DNA of 64,000 nucleotides from contig JASVEC010000001.1 in the NCBI GenBank assembly GCA_030770535.1, positions 2,356,001-2,420,000 on the forward strand, written 5' to 3'. Positions 1 through 11,848 of the stretch are shown here, in pieces. The stretch's first letter is position 1, and each line of letters begins with the position of its first letter. The translations under genes were made by a program, and so were the position numbers. Source of the DNA: Batkoa obscura (taxonomy: Eukaryota). Under the pieces are notes generated by a model that saw only the letters and a list, made by a program, of their open reading frames with translations, was not told the DNA's origin and ran no database searches.

Positions 1-2426
1 AAGAATACAATAATGACAAAAAGAAGAAAGAAGAAAAATACAATAATGACAAAAAAAAGAAAGAAGACTCTAAATATAATAAGGATACTAAGAAGAAAGA
101 AGACCCTAAATATAGCAATGCTGATAGTAATAAGAAAGAGAAAAATGGCATCCCTATCAATTTGGGCTTTGATTTAAATTTGTTTGGTCATAAATTAGTT
201 GATAGTGATTTAAATTTAAAATTATTTGGCAAAAACGGGCTTGTTGATGTTAAAGGCGGGGTTGACCTTTTTGATAAAAAAGTTGACACCGATTTTCAAG
301 CTAGTTTATTAGGCAAAAAAGGTTTGTTAGATACTTCAATTGATGCTAAGGTTGGTGATAAGAAAAAAATTATCGACCTTGGTATTGATGCTAGCATTCT
401 CAGTAATAAAGGTTTGGTCAACGCAAAGGTACAAGCTTCTATTGGTGATATTGCCAAAATTGTTGCTCAATTGGATGTTTTGGGTAAAGATGGTTTAGTG
501 AACTCAAAGCTTAAAGTATGTATCGGAGATATTGCTGATTTATCAGCTCAAATTAATATTTTAAACAAGAATGGCCTTGTAGATGCTAACTTAAAAGCAT
601 GCGTTGATAAAATTACTAAGATTTCGGCTGAAGCTAAACTTTTGGGCAATGACGGTGTCGCTAGTTTAAAATTAATGGCATCAATTAAAGATATCTCTTC
701 CTTAATCCTTGAATCAAAAGTATTAAGTGTTAATGGGTTAGCTGAAGCCAAGCTGAAGGCTTCTATTGAAAAACTTGCCAAACTTGATATTGATGCAAGT
801 GTTTTAGGCAAGAACGGTGTAGTGGATGTTAAAGCTAAAGCCTCAATCAATGGGATGGCTGACTTCATTATCAAGGCTAATATTCTTAGTGATAAAGGTT
901 TAGCTACTGCTGACTTAAAAGCCTCTATTGGTGAAATAGTTAAATTAGCATCTCAAATTAACGTCATGGGAAGTAATGGGCTAGTTGATCTTAAATTAAA
1001 AGCTTGTGTTGATGGAATCGCTGACATAAATGCAAAACTCAACGCTCTAGGACCAAATGGATTAGTTGATTTCAAATTGAGAGCTTCAATTGCTGAAATG
1101 GCCAAACTCATGGTTGATACTAATATCCTTGGTGTTGATGGTTTAGTTGATGCTAAAGTTAAGGCCTCAATTGAGAATATCGTTAAAGTAGCTGGTGACT
1201 TGAACATTTTAGGAAAGAATGGATTGGTTGATCTGAAACTCAAAGCTTCAGTTGATGGAATAGCTGATCTTATCATTAAAGCAAATATCTTAAGCAAGCA
1301 AGGGCTAGCCAGTGCTGACTTAAAAGCCTCTATTGGTGAAATAGTTAAATTAGCATCTCAAATTAACGTCATGGGAAGTAATGGGCTAGTTGATCTTAAA
1401 TTAAAAGCTTGTGTTGATGGAATCGCTGACATAAATGCAAAACTCAACGCTCTAGGACCAAATGGATTAGTTGATTTCAAATTGAGAGCTTCAATTGCTG
1501 AAATGGCCAAACTCATGGTTGATACTAATATCCTTGGTGTTGATGGTTTAGTTGATGCTAAAGTTAAGGCCTCAATTGAGAATATCGTTAAAGTAGCTGG
1601 TGACTTGAACATTTTAGGAAAGAATGGATTGGTTGATCTGAAACTCAAAGCTTCAGTTGATGGAATAGCTGATCTTATCATTAAAGCAAATATCTTAAGC
1701 AAGCAAGGGCTAGCCAGTGCTGACTTAAAAGCCTCTATTGGTGAAATAGTTAAATTAGCATCTCAAATTAACGTCATGGGAAGTAATGGGCTAGTTGATC
1801 TTAAATTAAAAGCTTGTGTTGATGGAATCGCTGACATAAATGCAAAACTCAACGCTCTAGGACCAAATGGATTAGTTGATTTCAAATTGAGAGCTTCAAT
1901 TGCTGAAATGGCCAAACTCATGGTTGATACTAATATCCTTGGTGTTGATGGTTTAGTTGATGCTAAAGTTAAGGCCTCAATTGAGAATATCGTTAAAGTA
2001 GCTGGTGACTTGAACATTTTAGGAAAGAATGGATTGGTTGATGCTAAAATTAAGGCTTATGTTGGTGGAATAGCTAATATTATTTTTAAAGCAAATATCT
2101 TAAGCAAGCAAGGGCTAGCCAGTGCTGACTTAAAAGCTTCTATTGGTGAAATAGCTAAATTAGCATCTCAAATTAACGTCATGGGAAGTAATGGGCTAGT
2201 TGATCTTAAATTAAAAGCTTGTGTTGATGGAATCGCTGATATAAATGCAAAACTCAACGCTCTAGGACCAAATGGATTAGTTGATTTCAAATTGAGAGCT
2301 TCAATTGCTGAGATCGCTAAACTCATGGTTGATACTAATATCCTTGGTGTTGATGGTTTAGTTGATGCTCAAGTGAAAGCTTCGATTATGAGCATTGTAA
2401 GCACACATTATGGATACAAATATTAA
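1..2426 (+). CDS. Beta-repeat family protein A (5' end outside window); long array of 27-aa repeats
   Basis: Frame is open from position 3 (EYNNDKKKKEEKYNNDKKKKEDSKY...KNGIPINLGFDL), so the TTG start at 162 is not the real start. GIPINLG matches GLPI(N/D)(L/I)G of paralogues. 27-aa repeats with (L/M)GxxGL(V/A)D turns; ends HYGYKY. Confidence 0.85.
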   Translation, partial: EYNNDKKKKEEKYNNDKKKKEDSKYNKDTKKKEDPKYSNADSNKKEKNGIPINLGFDLNLFGHKLVDSDLNLKLFGKNGLVDVKGGVDLFDKKVDTDFQASLLGKKGLLDTSIDAKVGDKKKIIDLGIDASILSNKGLVNAKVQASIGDIAKIVAQLDVLGKDGLVNSKLKVCIGDIADLSAQINILNKNGLVDANLKACVDKITKISAEAKLLGNDGVASLKLMASIKDISSLILESKVLSVNGLAEAKLKASIEKLAKLDIDASVLGKNGVVDVKAKASINGMADFIIKANILSDKGLATADLKASIGEIVKLASQINVMGSNGLVDLKLKACVDGIADINAKLNALGPNGLVDFKLRASIAEMAKLMVDTNILGVDGLVDAKVKASIENIVKVAGDLNILGKNGLVDLKLKASVDGIADLIIKANILSKQGLASADLKASIGEIVKLASQINVMGSNGLVDLKLKACVDGIADINAKLNALGPNGLVDFKLRASIAEMAKLMVDTNILGVDGLVDAKVKASIENIVKVAGDLNILGKNGLVDLKLKASVDGIADLIIKANILSKQGLASADLKASIGEIVKLASQINVMGSNGLVDLKLKACVDGIADINAKLNALGPNGLVDFKLRASIAEMAKLMVDTNILGVDGLVDAKVKASIENIVKVAGDLNILGKNGLVDAKIKAYVGGIANIIFKANILSKQGLASADLKASIGEIAKLASQINVMGSNGLVDLKLKACVDGIADINAKLNALGPNGLVDFKLRASIAEIAKLMVDTNILGVDGLVDAQVKASIMSIVSTHYGYKY
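908..2369 (+). repeat. 405-bp coding tandem repeat (~3.6 copies; 5 x 81-bp subunits)
   Basis: TGCTGACTTAAAAGC recurs at 908, 1313, 1718 and 2123. Copies read as identical from 908 to ~2042, then show scattered substitutions. Confidence 0.95.
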
Positions 2427-2607
2427 GGTTTCACAATAAAATTAATTAATCAATATTTAAATTTACTAGCATCTTTGTATTCCTTAATATTTTAATAATA
2501 ATGGTTCAATTAAAAGTTTAACAAATTTTAGAAACTATATTTATTTAAAATATTTTATTTCATCATCCTTGACATTTAATAAGAAATAAACAAATAAATG
2601 AAAATGA

Positions 2608-3528
2608 TTATTTACTGCTCTTTAAAATATCTGCTTTTGTTAAACCCACTTTAGCTAATTGCCCATCCTTAAGCACTTTAGCATCCAAATTAGCATCAAC
2701 GATATTACCATCTGGCCCAACTTTAGCTTTAACTTCAACATCAGCCAACCCATTTTTATCTAGTACATTAGCATGTACATTAGCATCTGCCAAATCCATT
2801 ACTTTAGCTTTAACATCAGCATCGGCCAATCCTTTTTGACCCAAAACATTAGCTTTAACGTCTGCGTTAGCTACTCCTTTAACATCCGCTTTGACTCTAG
2901 CATCTGCCACTCCTTTATCACTCAATATATTAGCTTTAACTTGTGCATTAACAAGTTCTTGAACTTTAGCTTTAACATCAGCATCAACTAATCCTTTGTT
3001 AGTTAACACACCAGCTAATGCGTCCGCTCCAATAAATTTATTTAACACATCTGCTTTTACTCGACCATCTAATAACCCTTTTTTGCTGAGCAAGTTTAAA
3101 ACCACATTAAGGTTTAATAAATCGATATCACCTAATTTGGCATGGGCACCAATGTCAATAGGTAAACCACCAATGGGTGGCAACTTGCCCGTTGGTGGGA
3201 ACTTACTGGGATTCATTTGCTGTTTTTCCTGCTGTCTAATTTGTTGAATTTGTTGTTGAGTCAACATCTGCTGTTGCTGTTGATTTTGATATTGTTGTTG
3301 AAATTGTTGATTTTGCTGGTGCTTTAAAGATTCACCAATTTGTTCAATAACATTACCCAAATCTTGAACATTGTTGATTTGTATATTATTATTAGCTTCT
3401 TTCATAGGACGTCTATCACTACAATCACTATAAGGTTTACATGGCTGGTAAGAATTAATGCCCATAGGCTGAGAAGTGCTGCCAGTAAGTAAACTTAATA
3501 AAACATTAATTAGGATAAAATTTTTCAT
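2608..3528 (-). CDS. Beta-repeat family protein B (306 aa, secreted, Gln-rich spacer)
   Basis: Signal-like MKNFILINVLLSLLTGS; Gln-rich tract; GGLPIDIG; ADVKANVLGxxG repeats; no intron. Confidence 0.9.
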   Translation of the reverse strand: MKNFILINVLLSLLTGSTSQPMGINSYQPCKPYSDCSDRRPMKEANNNIQINNVQDLGNVIEQIGESLKHQQNQQFQQQYQNQQQQQMLTQQQIQQIRQQEKQQMNPSKFPPTGKLPPIGGLPIDIGAHAKLGDIDLLNLNVVLNLLSKKGLLDGRVKADVLNKFIGADALAGVLTNKGLVDADVKAKVQELVNAQVKANILSDKGVADARVKADVKGVANADVKANVLGQKGLADADVKAKVMDLADANVHANVLDKNGLADVEVKAKVGPDGNIVDANLDAKVLKDGQLAKVGLTKADILKSSK

Positions 3529-4573
3529 TTCTTTTCAATATTAGATAAGGTATAAAGCTATAGGTTATTATTTTATATATAAAAGTTTGTTTTTTTGTTT
3601 TTTCACTGTAGCTTAAAATTAGCTTTTTATACTATTTTTTAATCCTTATTAAGTATATTATTATAGTGTTTTAATGAATATTAAACCCTAGTATTCCGCT
3701 TTTTTTACTCTTTTAAGCCTCCTTATAGTTTTTTTTACCATCGTCTATAGAACTTTCATTATAAAGTTACAAGCTTCACTTAATAGTTATCAATATTGTA
3801 ATTAAATAATTAAAATACAAATATTGATTAAAAATTCAATTAAAACCACAAATCAACCACTAAAAAAATGAAAACTTTAATTGTTTTAGAACTATTAAAT
3901 TAGGATTTAATTCAAGGCTTTGAAGTTGCTACATTTTTTATATTAAATTTTTATAAGAAACTAAACTTTGTTATCCTGATAGTTAGTTATTTTAAAGGTT
4001 GAACTATTTGTAACAATTAAATGAATTGAGTAGCACTTAGGTCCTCTTAGATTAATTGCCACCTAGTTACCCATTTATCAAATCATCAATATTCTCTAAA
4101 GAACATTGTTAACCATACAATTGTTTACAATATTTACAATATTTACTATAAAGTAACAGTTGAAAACTTAAATAATGATATTAAGACAACTTGACTATAG
4201 CCTGATTCTTTCTGTTTATGTAATAGTTAGTTGAGCTCGAAATTTTCTCTTAGAGTTGACTTTAATTTATTTAATTTTATCAGCATAAATATTGGCCATA
4301 ATTTTCAAGTCTAGAACTAAACTTGCTATAATTTGGTTACTAAGCTAAATTAAATTAAAAAATTACTAATCCACTTTATCATTATTGAAAGGAAATAGGA
4401 TATATTTATTTTTAAATACGTAACGCTTTATCAATATAAATTCTATGCTAATAATGAGTCTAGAATTATATTTCACTATAAATTCGTTTTATTAACCATT
4501 ACATCAGTTACCAAGCCATATTTTAATTTATTTGAAAATTAATAACATTACTACCAAATTATATTAAACATAC

Positions 4574-4671
4574 GAGGATGTATTTTTTGTTTAAGAGTTT
4601 TACTAATAATCTTTCTACTCAAATAGCTCTTGAAAAATGGAAAAAGTAATGAAACAAAAAAAAACAGCCTC
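4574..4671 (+). mobile_element. MITE family 1 copy
   Basis: GAGGATGTATTTT...AAAACAGCCTC; flanks ATAC/ATAT. Confidence 0.8.
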
Positions 4672-4675
4672 ATAT

Positions 4676-4766
4676 AACTGGGCATTTTCATTTTGTATTT
4701 ACACATGCAAAAGTAGAAAAACATCATGATTGAACTTGGTAAATAAAAAATTGTAAATGCCCAGTT
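4676..4766. mobile_element. MITE-like element family 2
   Basis: Perfect inverted repeat CATATAACTGGGCATTT (4671) / AAATGCCCAGTTATATG (to 4771), extending imperfectly to ~32 bp; ATAT on both sides. Confidence 0.65.
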
Positions 4767-5534
4767 ATATGTATAATAAAATTGTAATAAATTGCCCTTA
4801 AAGAGAGCGGAATAGCTTTCAATTACTTATCTTTAAAAATAGATCATAGAGTAAATATCATATCAATAATATCAGGATCTATTTATATGCCGTTACTATA
4901 GTCTGAGAACTATGGAAATTTTCTTTTTATATGATAAAAGACAAGTGTTTTTTTTTGAATATTAGTTAGATTTTCATAATTTTATCTTACATAAAAATAA
5001 ACAAAATAAAGGAATGAGAAGAAACTTTCTAAATGTATGTAACCTTTTATTATAGAACTAATACTCCTCGTAGTAATTTTATTTTAGATACAAGAGTGCA
5101 ATATAAAATAACTTTAAAAGTATTACAATTCAATTAAAATAATTCATCTTATGTTTTATAGTTTTTTTAATCAAAACTTTTTGAAGCAGTGCTTACGATA
5201 TTATTATTTTAAAGTGTATTCGATATGCTAAATAAAGTATCAAAAAAAATTATTTTACAATACGTGCTATTAATTCCTATGAAGACTAAGTAAGCTCAAA
5301 TTCTTTTAGTCAGATTTTTGTATTTTTTTATAAAACTGTAGTACGAAAAGTCAATTTTTAAAAGACTAATGAGATATGTTTAATCAATAACATAATTCTC
5401 AATAAACGTTATGTTCTCATTTTTGATTATTCTGGACGAATCAATGCATCAATACTAAATTTGACAAAACAAAGTAATTGTAACCATAAAATTCAAAATA
5501 TATAATTATTTATTTAATATAAAACCCTTAATCA

Positions 5535-6512
5535 TTAATATCCCTTTCCACCCAATAAGTTCAATTTTTTCAAATCGATCTGGGCTAATTTCCCATTATT
5601 CAATACTTTAGCCAACAAATTGACATCCGCTACTTTATTCTCACCATTTCCTACTTCCGCTTTAACCTTAGCATCGGCTATACCCTCTTTATTTAAGACG
5701 TTAGCGCCTACATCTGCCTTAGCAACATCAGCTATATCTGCTTTAACATCAGCTTTAGCCACACCATTTTCACCTAGCACATTTGCCTTAACATCAGCTT
5801 TGGCAATATCGGCTACATTTGCTTTGACTTTAGCATCAGCTACTCCTTTTTCGCTTAACACGTTAGCATTTACTTGGGCATTTACAAGCTCGTCTACTTT
5901 AGCTTTGACATCTGCATTGATAAGTCCTTTCTTCGAGAGGACATCGGCAAGAATATCAGCTTTCACCAAATCATTGAGGACATTGGCTTTTACATTTAAG
6001 TTGGCGAGGCCTTTGTCTTTATTTAAAAGATCGAGAAGGACTTTGATACGGAGTAAATCAATGTTACCAATCTTGACATTGGCACCTATATCAATGGGTA
6101 AACCCCCATTCTCAGGTTGGTAGTCTTTGGACTGATTGTCGTGAGGCTCATTACGTTGTGGTTGATTGGTTTGTGGTTGGTTGCCTTTTGGGAAATTGTC
6201 TTGAGGTTTGATCTCTTCAGGTTTTTTTTCTTGTGGTTTACTTTCCTCAGGCTTTTTCCCTTCAGGTTTATTTTCTTCAGGTCTACCTTGAGGTTTTATT
6301 TCTTCCGGTTTTTTAGCTAAATATTCTGGTTGATAAGTATTATAGACATAGCTTGATCTTGAAATTGGCGTCTGATTTCCATTAGATGGGATGTTTAATA
6401 AGTTGGATTCTATTGAATCTGAGTTTGAAGTTTCATTACTACTAGTAGTTTCATGGGAGATTGTATTGGCTATAAAAGATACTAATACTAAAGTTATATA
6501 AATATTCTTCAT
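5535..6512 (-). CDS. Beta-repeat family protein C (325 aa, secreted, KPEE/QPQ spacer)
   Basis: MKNIYITLVLVSFIANTIS signal; YQPE; KPEEx pentamers; GLPIDIG; 27-aa repeats; ends GGKGY. Confidence 0.9.
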   Translation of the reverse strand: MKNIYITLVLVSFIANTISHETTSSNETSNSDSIESNLLNIPSNGNQTPISRSSYVYNTYQPEYLAKKPEEIKPQGRPEENKPEGKKPEESKPQEKKPEEIKPQDNFPKGNQPQTNQPQRNEPHDNQSKDYQPENGGLPIDIGANVKIGNIDLLRIKVLLDLLNKDKGLANLNVKANVLNDLVKADILADVLSKKGLINADVKAKVDELVNAQVNANVLSEKGVADAKVKANVADIAKADVKANVLGENGVAKADVKADIADVAKADVGANVLNKEGIADAKVKAEVGNGENKVADVNLLAKVLNNGKLAQIDLKKLNLLGGKGY

Positions 6513-7077
6513 TTTTAAAGTAAATAGATTATTAGTTAATTAGTTATAAATTATTAATTGGTAAGCAGGTGTTATTAGATTTCGAATAAAATAATAGGTT
6601 AGATATCAAAAATGTTAAAGTTTTCATGTATTTATACTATTTTTTTAAGTCTTATTTATTTTTATTTTTCTTAATTTAATTCTAATGAATTTAAAAGGTT
6701 CATTTTTAATAAAAATTTAATTATGTGGTTTAGTTTCCAATTCAAATTTACATTAATTTTACACAATAAAATTATATACCAAATTTAGAAAACTAGCATA
6801 CATTAGCAAAGTAAAACGAAATAAAATAAACTTATTTTTTTAAGCTAATTTTATATACTTTATCAAAATCATAGTAAAAAAACTAACTTTTGATTAAAAT
6901 GATAAAACACTTGCCTTTAGATTAAATGCTACAACTTTGATATAATATTTTGTATTTTCCAGCTTTAATTATTTTTATGGTTATAATATTATTGAAAATA
7001 TTAAAAAGACCCACCAACTTTAAATCTATTTAAATTAAATTAACTTAAATTATTTATTCAATAGAAACCCGCAATTC

Positions 7078-8685
7078 TTAATATTCCTTATTCCTATCAC
7101 CTAACGAAATTACTTTCTTTAAGTCGACCTGTAGCAAGTTACCATCTTTGCCTAATACACTAGCATTGACTTTTTCATCAGCAATCCCATCAACTTTAGC
7201 TTTAGCTTTAACATCAGCTACACCATTTTCACCTAATACATTGGCTTTAACATCGGCTTTAGCAATATCTGCAACATTGGCTTTAGCTTTAACATCAGCT
7301 ACACCATTTTCACCTAATACATTAGCTTTAACATCAGCTTTAGCAATATCTGCAACATTGGCTTTGGCATCAGCATTAGCAACTCCATCTTTTCCTAATA
7401 CATTAGCTTTGACATCAGCTTTAGCAATATCTGCAACATTGGCTTTAGCTTTAACATCAGCTACACCATTTTCACCTAATACATTAGCTTTGACATCAGC
7501 TTTAGCAATATCTGCAACATTGGCTTTGACATCAGCATTAACTAGCCCTTTTTTAGAGAGTACATCAGCGAGTACATCAGCTTTGATTAAATCGTTAAGT
7601 ACATTGGCTTTAATATCCAAATTGGCTAAGCCTTTATCTTTGCTCAAAAGTTCAAGAAGGATTTGAAATTTAAGTAAATCAATATCACCGATCTTAATGT
7701 TAGCGCCTAAGTTAATGGGTAAACCACTATGTTCGGGTTGGTAATTTTTTGGTTGATTACCGTAGGGCTGATTTCCTTGTGGTTGATTACCTTGAGGTTG
7801 GGTGCCTTTTGGATGGTTATCATGGGGTTGGTAACTTTGGGGTTGGCTACTTTGAGGCTGATTTCCTTGAGGTTGATTAGTTTGTGGTTGAGTGCCTTGT
7901 GGTTGAGTGCCTTGTGGTTGAGTGCCTTGTGGTTGAGTGCCTTGTGGTTGAGTGCCTTGTGGTTGATTACCTTGAGGTTGATTAGTTTGTGGTTGATTAC
8001 CTTGAGGTTGATTAGTTTGTGGTTGAGTGCCTTGTGGTTGAGTGCCTTGTGGTTGATTACCTTGAGGTTGATTACCTTGTGGTTGATTACCTTGTGGTTG
8101 ATTACCTTGAGGTTGATTACCTTGTGGTTGATTACCTTGAGGTTGATTACCTTGAGGTTGATTACCTTGAGGTTGAGTACCTTGTGGTTGATTACCTTGA
8201 GGTTGATTAGTTTGTGGTTGAGTACCTTGTGGTTGAGTACCTTGTGGTTGATTACCTTGAGGTTGATTAGTTTGTGGTTGAGTACCTTGAGGTTGAGTAC
8301 CTTGTGGTTGAGTACCTTGAGGTTGATTAGTTTGTGGTTGAGTACCTTGTGGTTGAGTACCTTGAGGTTGAGTGCCTTGAGGTTGAGTACCTTGTGGTTG
8401 AGTGCCTTGAGGTTGAGTACCTTGTGGTTGAGTACTTTGAGGTTGATTAGTTTGAGGCTTATCATCAATTGGTTTTATGACTTCTGGCTTTTTATCTGGA
8501 TATTCCGGTTGATAGGACTTTGAACCATAACTTGATTTGTGTACTGATGGATTTCCCCCGTTAACAATATTTAATAAATTTGATGGTATTAAATTTGGAC
8601 TTATAATGTCATTAAGATTAGTACCAAGAGAGGCTGTATTGGCTATTAATGATGCTAAAACTATAGATATGTAAATGTTCTTCAT
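7078..8685 (-). CDS. Beta-repeat family protein D (535 aa, secreted, QPQG(T/N) spacer)
   Basis: MKNIYISIVLASLIANTAS signal; long QPQGT/QPQGN/QPQTN array; GLPINLG; near-perfect VKAKANVADIAKADVKANVLGENGVAD repeats; ends NKEY. Confidence 0.92.
   Translation of the reverse strand: MKNIYISIVLASLIANTASLGTNLNDIISPNLIPSNLLNIVNGGNPSVHKSSYGSKSYQPEYPDKKPEVIKPIDDKPQTNQPQSTQPQGTQPQGTQPQGTQPQGTQPQGTQPQGTQPQTNQPQGTQPQGTQPQGTQPQTNQPQGNQPQGTQPQGTQPQTNQPQGNQPQGTQPQGNQPQGNQPQGNQPQGNQPQGNQPQGNQPQGNQPQGNQPQGTQPQGTQPQTNQPQGNQPQTNQPQGNQPQGTQPQGTQPQGTQPQGTQPQGTQPQTNQPQGNQPQSSQPQSYQPHDNHPKGTQPQGNQPQGNQPYGNQPKNYQPEHSGLPINLGANIKIGDIDLLKFQILLELLSKDKGLANLDIKANVLNDLIKADVLADVLSKKGLVNADVKANVADIAKADVKANVLGENGVADVKAKANVADIAKADVKANVLGKDGVANADAKANVADIAKADVKANVLGENGVADVKAKANVADIAKADVKANVLGENGVADVKAKAKVDGIADEKVNASVLGKDGNLLQVDLKKVISLGDRNKEY
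7725..8460 (-). repeat. 15-bp coding minisatellite (QPQG[T/N], QPQTN), roughly 45-50 units including degenerate ones
   Basis: GGTTGAGTGCCTTGT / GGTTGATTACCTTGA / GGTTGATTAGTTTGT units on the + strand. Confidence 0.95.
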
Positions 8686-10030
8686 CTTATGTAAATGGAA
8701 TATTAAGTCAATTAAGTATTAAGGTTTAAAGGAAACGTTATTGGATAAATATTAACGCCATAAATGTTTGCTGTATTTATACTATTTTTTGAAATACTAT
8801 ACCTGATATTCTATTTATTAAATTCAGTTGAATGGATTTTCAAAGGTTCTTAAATTTATTTCAAAAACTTAATGTGGTTTTGTTTTTAATCTGAATTTGG
8901 ATTAATTTTATGATATAAAATTATAGTTCAAATTTAGAAAGCTAGCATAAATTACCAAAGTTATATTATAAAATAAACAAAATAGCAAAGAAACTTAATT
9001 AAATGATCTAAAACTTAATCTTTAGTACATATAAAATCATTAAACGGATACAAATATTCTTATAAAAACCCACTTAACTTCTATCACCCTTTCTATAACG
9101 TATTAACTAAAGATAATAGACCCCAAGCTATTTGCAATTTTGAATCAACTAATGGAGCTGTATTCATATTAAAAACATAATGATATTGAGTAATGAAACA
9201 TGGTCAACCAGCATGAATTGCCAAAATCATGTTTAAATACAGATTTACTAAATAAAGTTCTAAAAGTTGATATAAAACATTGGCAAATTTGAAATTTAAA
9301 AAACATAACTTGTTTCAATCAGTAATATTTTTAGATAAAATAATAGAAACAGATAAGAAAAATCAAGAGGTTTATTTATAAGAATAGTGTTTAATAGCAA
9401 AAAATGGAATACTATTATTGTTGTAAATAAAATAAGATAAAATAAAGTTGCATAATAAAACAATGAAATACAATATCTACTTTCAAAGCTAATGTATAAA
9501 ATTGATGAAGTTAGCCATCTAATCTCATAAACGCTCTGCACAACTTTAATTAGTGTGTTGTAGGGAGGGATGGTAAAGATATTCTTTTTCAAATCATTAT
9601 AAAATTTTGTATTAACAAATGAAGTTTTCTATATATTAAAAACATCAAATTATTTAGCATCAGAATATATAACCGGTATATATGAGTTAATCCAAGAGCT
9701 TGACTTCAATTTCAATTTTTACTAAAAATTATGTATTTAGCACCAAGTGTTACAAAGAGTCACTTTTTTAATTCTAAATTATTCACTAAAACGTTTTTTT
9801 GTCTAATTATAGCTAATATTTTTTAAAGTTTATGCTACATAAGTGAACAAAAAATGAAAAATTTATTTTAATTTTAATCAAGCTTCCAAAGTTATCTTAC
9901 ATTTAAAAACGAAAATAAACTAAATCAATTTTTATATTAAATTTTATAGCAAAATAGAATAACTTTAACAATTCTGTTACTTTATCTAAAAGTTAACGTA
10001 AAATTGAAACTCTTACTAAATTATTTATAT

Positions 10031-10116
10031 GAGGGTTTTTTGGTTTCATTACCTATTCCATTTTTTGAGTGTTATTGAGCGGAAAAGATAGTAAGCTTAA
10101 ACAAAAAGAGATTTAC
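10031..10116 (-). mobile_element. MITE family 1 copy (degenerate)
   Basis: Reverse-orientation match (GAGGGTTTTTTGGTTTCATTAC...TGAGCGGAAAA...CTTAAACAAAAA); ATAT/ATAT flanks. Confidence 0.65.
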
Positions 10117-10197
10117 ATATAAATAACTTTGATTAAATCCCTATTGAATATCTAAATCAACAGTAAAAAAAATAACTCAAATATCCACCTAAAATGA

Positions 10198-10616
10198 ATT
10201 TGAATGTTATTAAAAATAAATTATAAAACCCCTTAAAAAAGCCATTAAATTCATATAATAAATAACTGAGTTTATTCTTCAATGATTTTAAAAAAAGATG
10301 ATATAAATAGTCCAAACTTGACATTCATATTAACTAACTTAATAGTTTTCTATTTTCCTATTTTTCCTTTTCAATATCTATTAATTAATTTTACTCTGTT
10401 TCTAAAAATATGAAAATCAATTCTATTATCTTATCATTCTTTTATTTAATAACTATTACAACTTCATTTGTACCTAATATTCCATCTATTCAAAAGGATT
10501 CTATACCAAAACCTCATAAATCAAGGTTTAGTCATAACATTTATTATTCAGAAACAGATAATCAAATAACAGATAATCAAATAACAGATAATAAATTAAC
10601 ACAAGAAGTCAACTTC

Positions 10617-10661
<45 letters not shown>

Positions 10662-10908
10662 TTAATTAAACCAACTGAAATAGTACCTCAATCTACTCAA
10701 TCTACTCAATCTCAAACTTATCAATCTCAAAGTGTTAAACCTCATGATAATCAATCTTATCATAACAAAATTTATAGTGTCAAATCCCAAAATCTTCAAC
10801 CTAAACAAGCTAATTTACCTACATATCTTCAATTAAGTAATCTTGATTTAATACAATTAATGAAACTCAATGGTTTAATTCAAGATGATGATTCTATTAA
10901 CCTGTAAA
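10198..10908 (+). repeat. Left arm of 711-bp identical inverted duplication (partner 15116-15826)
   Basis: Both ends map with constant coordinate sum 26024 (no net indel); the 165-aa ORFs are identical, including the (AAT)n tract. Confidence 0.93.
10410..10907 (+). pseudogene. Family member E: truncated copy (signal + spacer only, 165 aa)
   Basis: Identical to 15117-15614. NLPTYLQLSNLDLIQL aligns to the LPIxIG..IDLL linker. No repeat domain follows the stop. Confidence 0.65.
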
Positions 10909-11495
10909 GTAAACTCAATGGACATGTCCTAATGACATTTAGCATACTTTATTCAGAAAGTATGTCTCAAAAACAAAATCATGGATAAAACGTCCAAAAA
11001 CAGGCATCTGATGTTGTAATGGCTTTACTTTTTGAGTTTAATAAAAAAATCGTTTTTAAAATCTGAATTCCACATAACTTTTTTTGTTTTCGAACTGATT
11101 TTAGTTGCAAAAACAACTACGCTAATTAATTTTATATATTACTTTTATTTAATAAACATTGTTTTAAAAAACTATACAACTTTTAAAAAGTCGAATTCGA
11201 GATTAGAAATTTTGATTATCGAATCTTGGAATAAAGCCCAAAGTTAACCAATCACATTGTCTTATTCTAACATACTTTTTTCCAAAAGTATGCCATACAT
11301 ATTACAAGGTGATCTATAGTAATCTGATTTTTTGGGCAAATCCAAATTTATAGAATTACCTTATTTAAAATTTTCTTTTATTTATTGTTTTTTAAATTAA
11401 TGTTACATGGAAATGAACAGAAAATGAACAAAAAATGAAATTGGAAAGTCTTATTTTTAATTTTAATCAGGTTTTTAACAAAATAAATAACATAT

Positions 11496-11693
11496 GGGGA
11501 TGTATTTTTGTGTTTAAGAATTTTACTAACAAATTTTCCGCTTAAATAGTGCTTAAAAAATGGAAAAAATAATGAAGTTAAAAACACTCCCATATGGGAA
11601 TGTATTTTTGTGTTTAAGAATTTTACTAACAAATTTTCCGCTCAAATAGCGCTTAAAAGATGGAAAGAATAATGAAGCCAAAAAAACACTCCC
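11496..11693 (+). mobile_element. MITE family 1 head-to-tail dimer (11496-11591, 11596-11693)
   Basis: ATAT-GGGGATGT...ACACTCCC-ATAT-GGGAATGT...ACACTCCC-ATAT. Confidence 0.9.
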
Positions 11694-11848
11694 ATATTCA
11701 GGTTTCCTTTTCAAAATTATACTCTATTAGTTCCAACCTTAACTCAACTTAATAAATAGCTTTTAAAACAATAATAAAAAAGGCCAACTATAGCCATCAA
11801 ATAGAAAAAAGTTTAAGTATTAAATCATTTATTAATTATTCAACAACT

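Noticed and set aside
7725..8460. Regular short repeats resembling a CRISPR array or telomere
   Set aside because: No unique spacers; 15-bp in-frame coding units inside gene D; eukaryotic context.
9296..11632. ORFs 9296-9592, 11032-11247 and 11378-11632
   Set aside because: Non-ATG starts and AT-driven F/I/L/K composition; the last is read through the MITE dimer.
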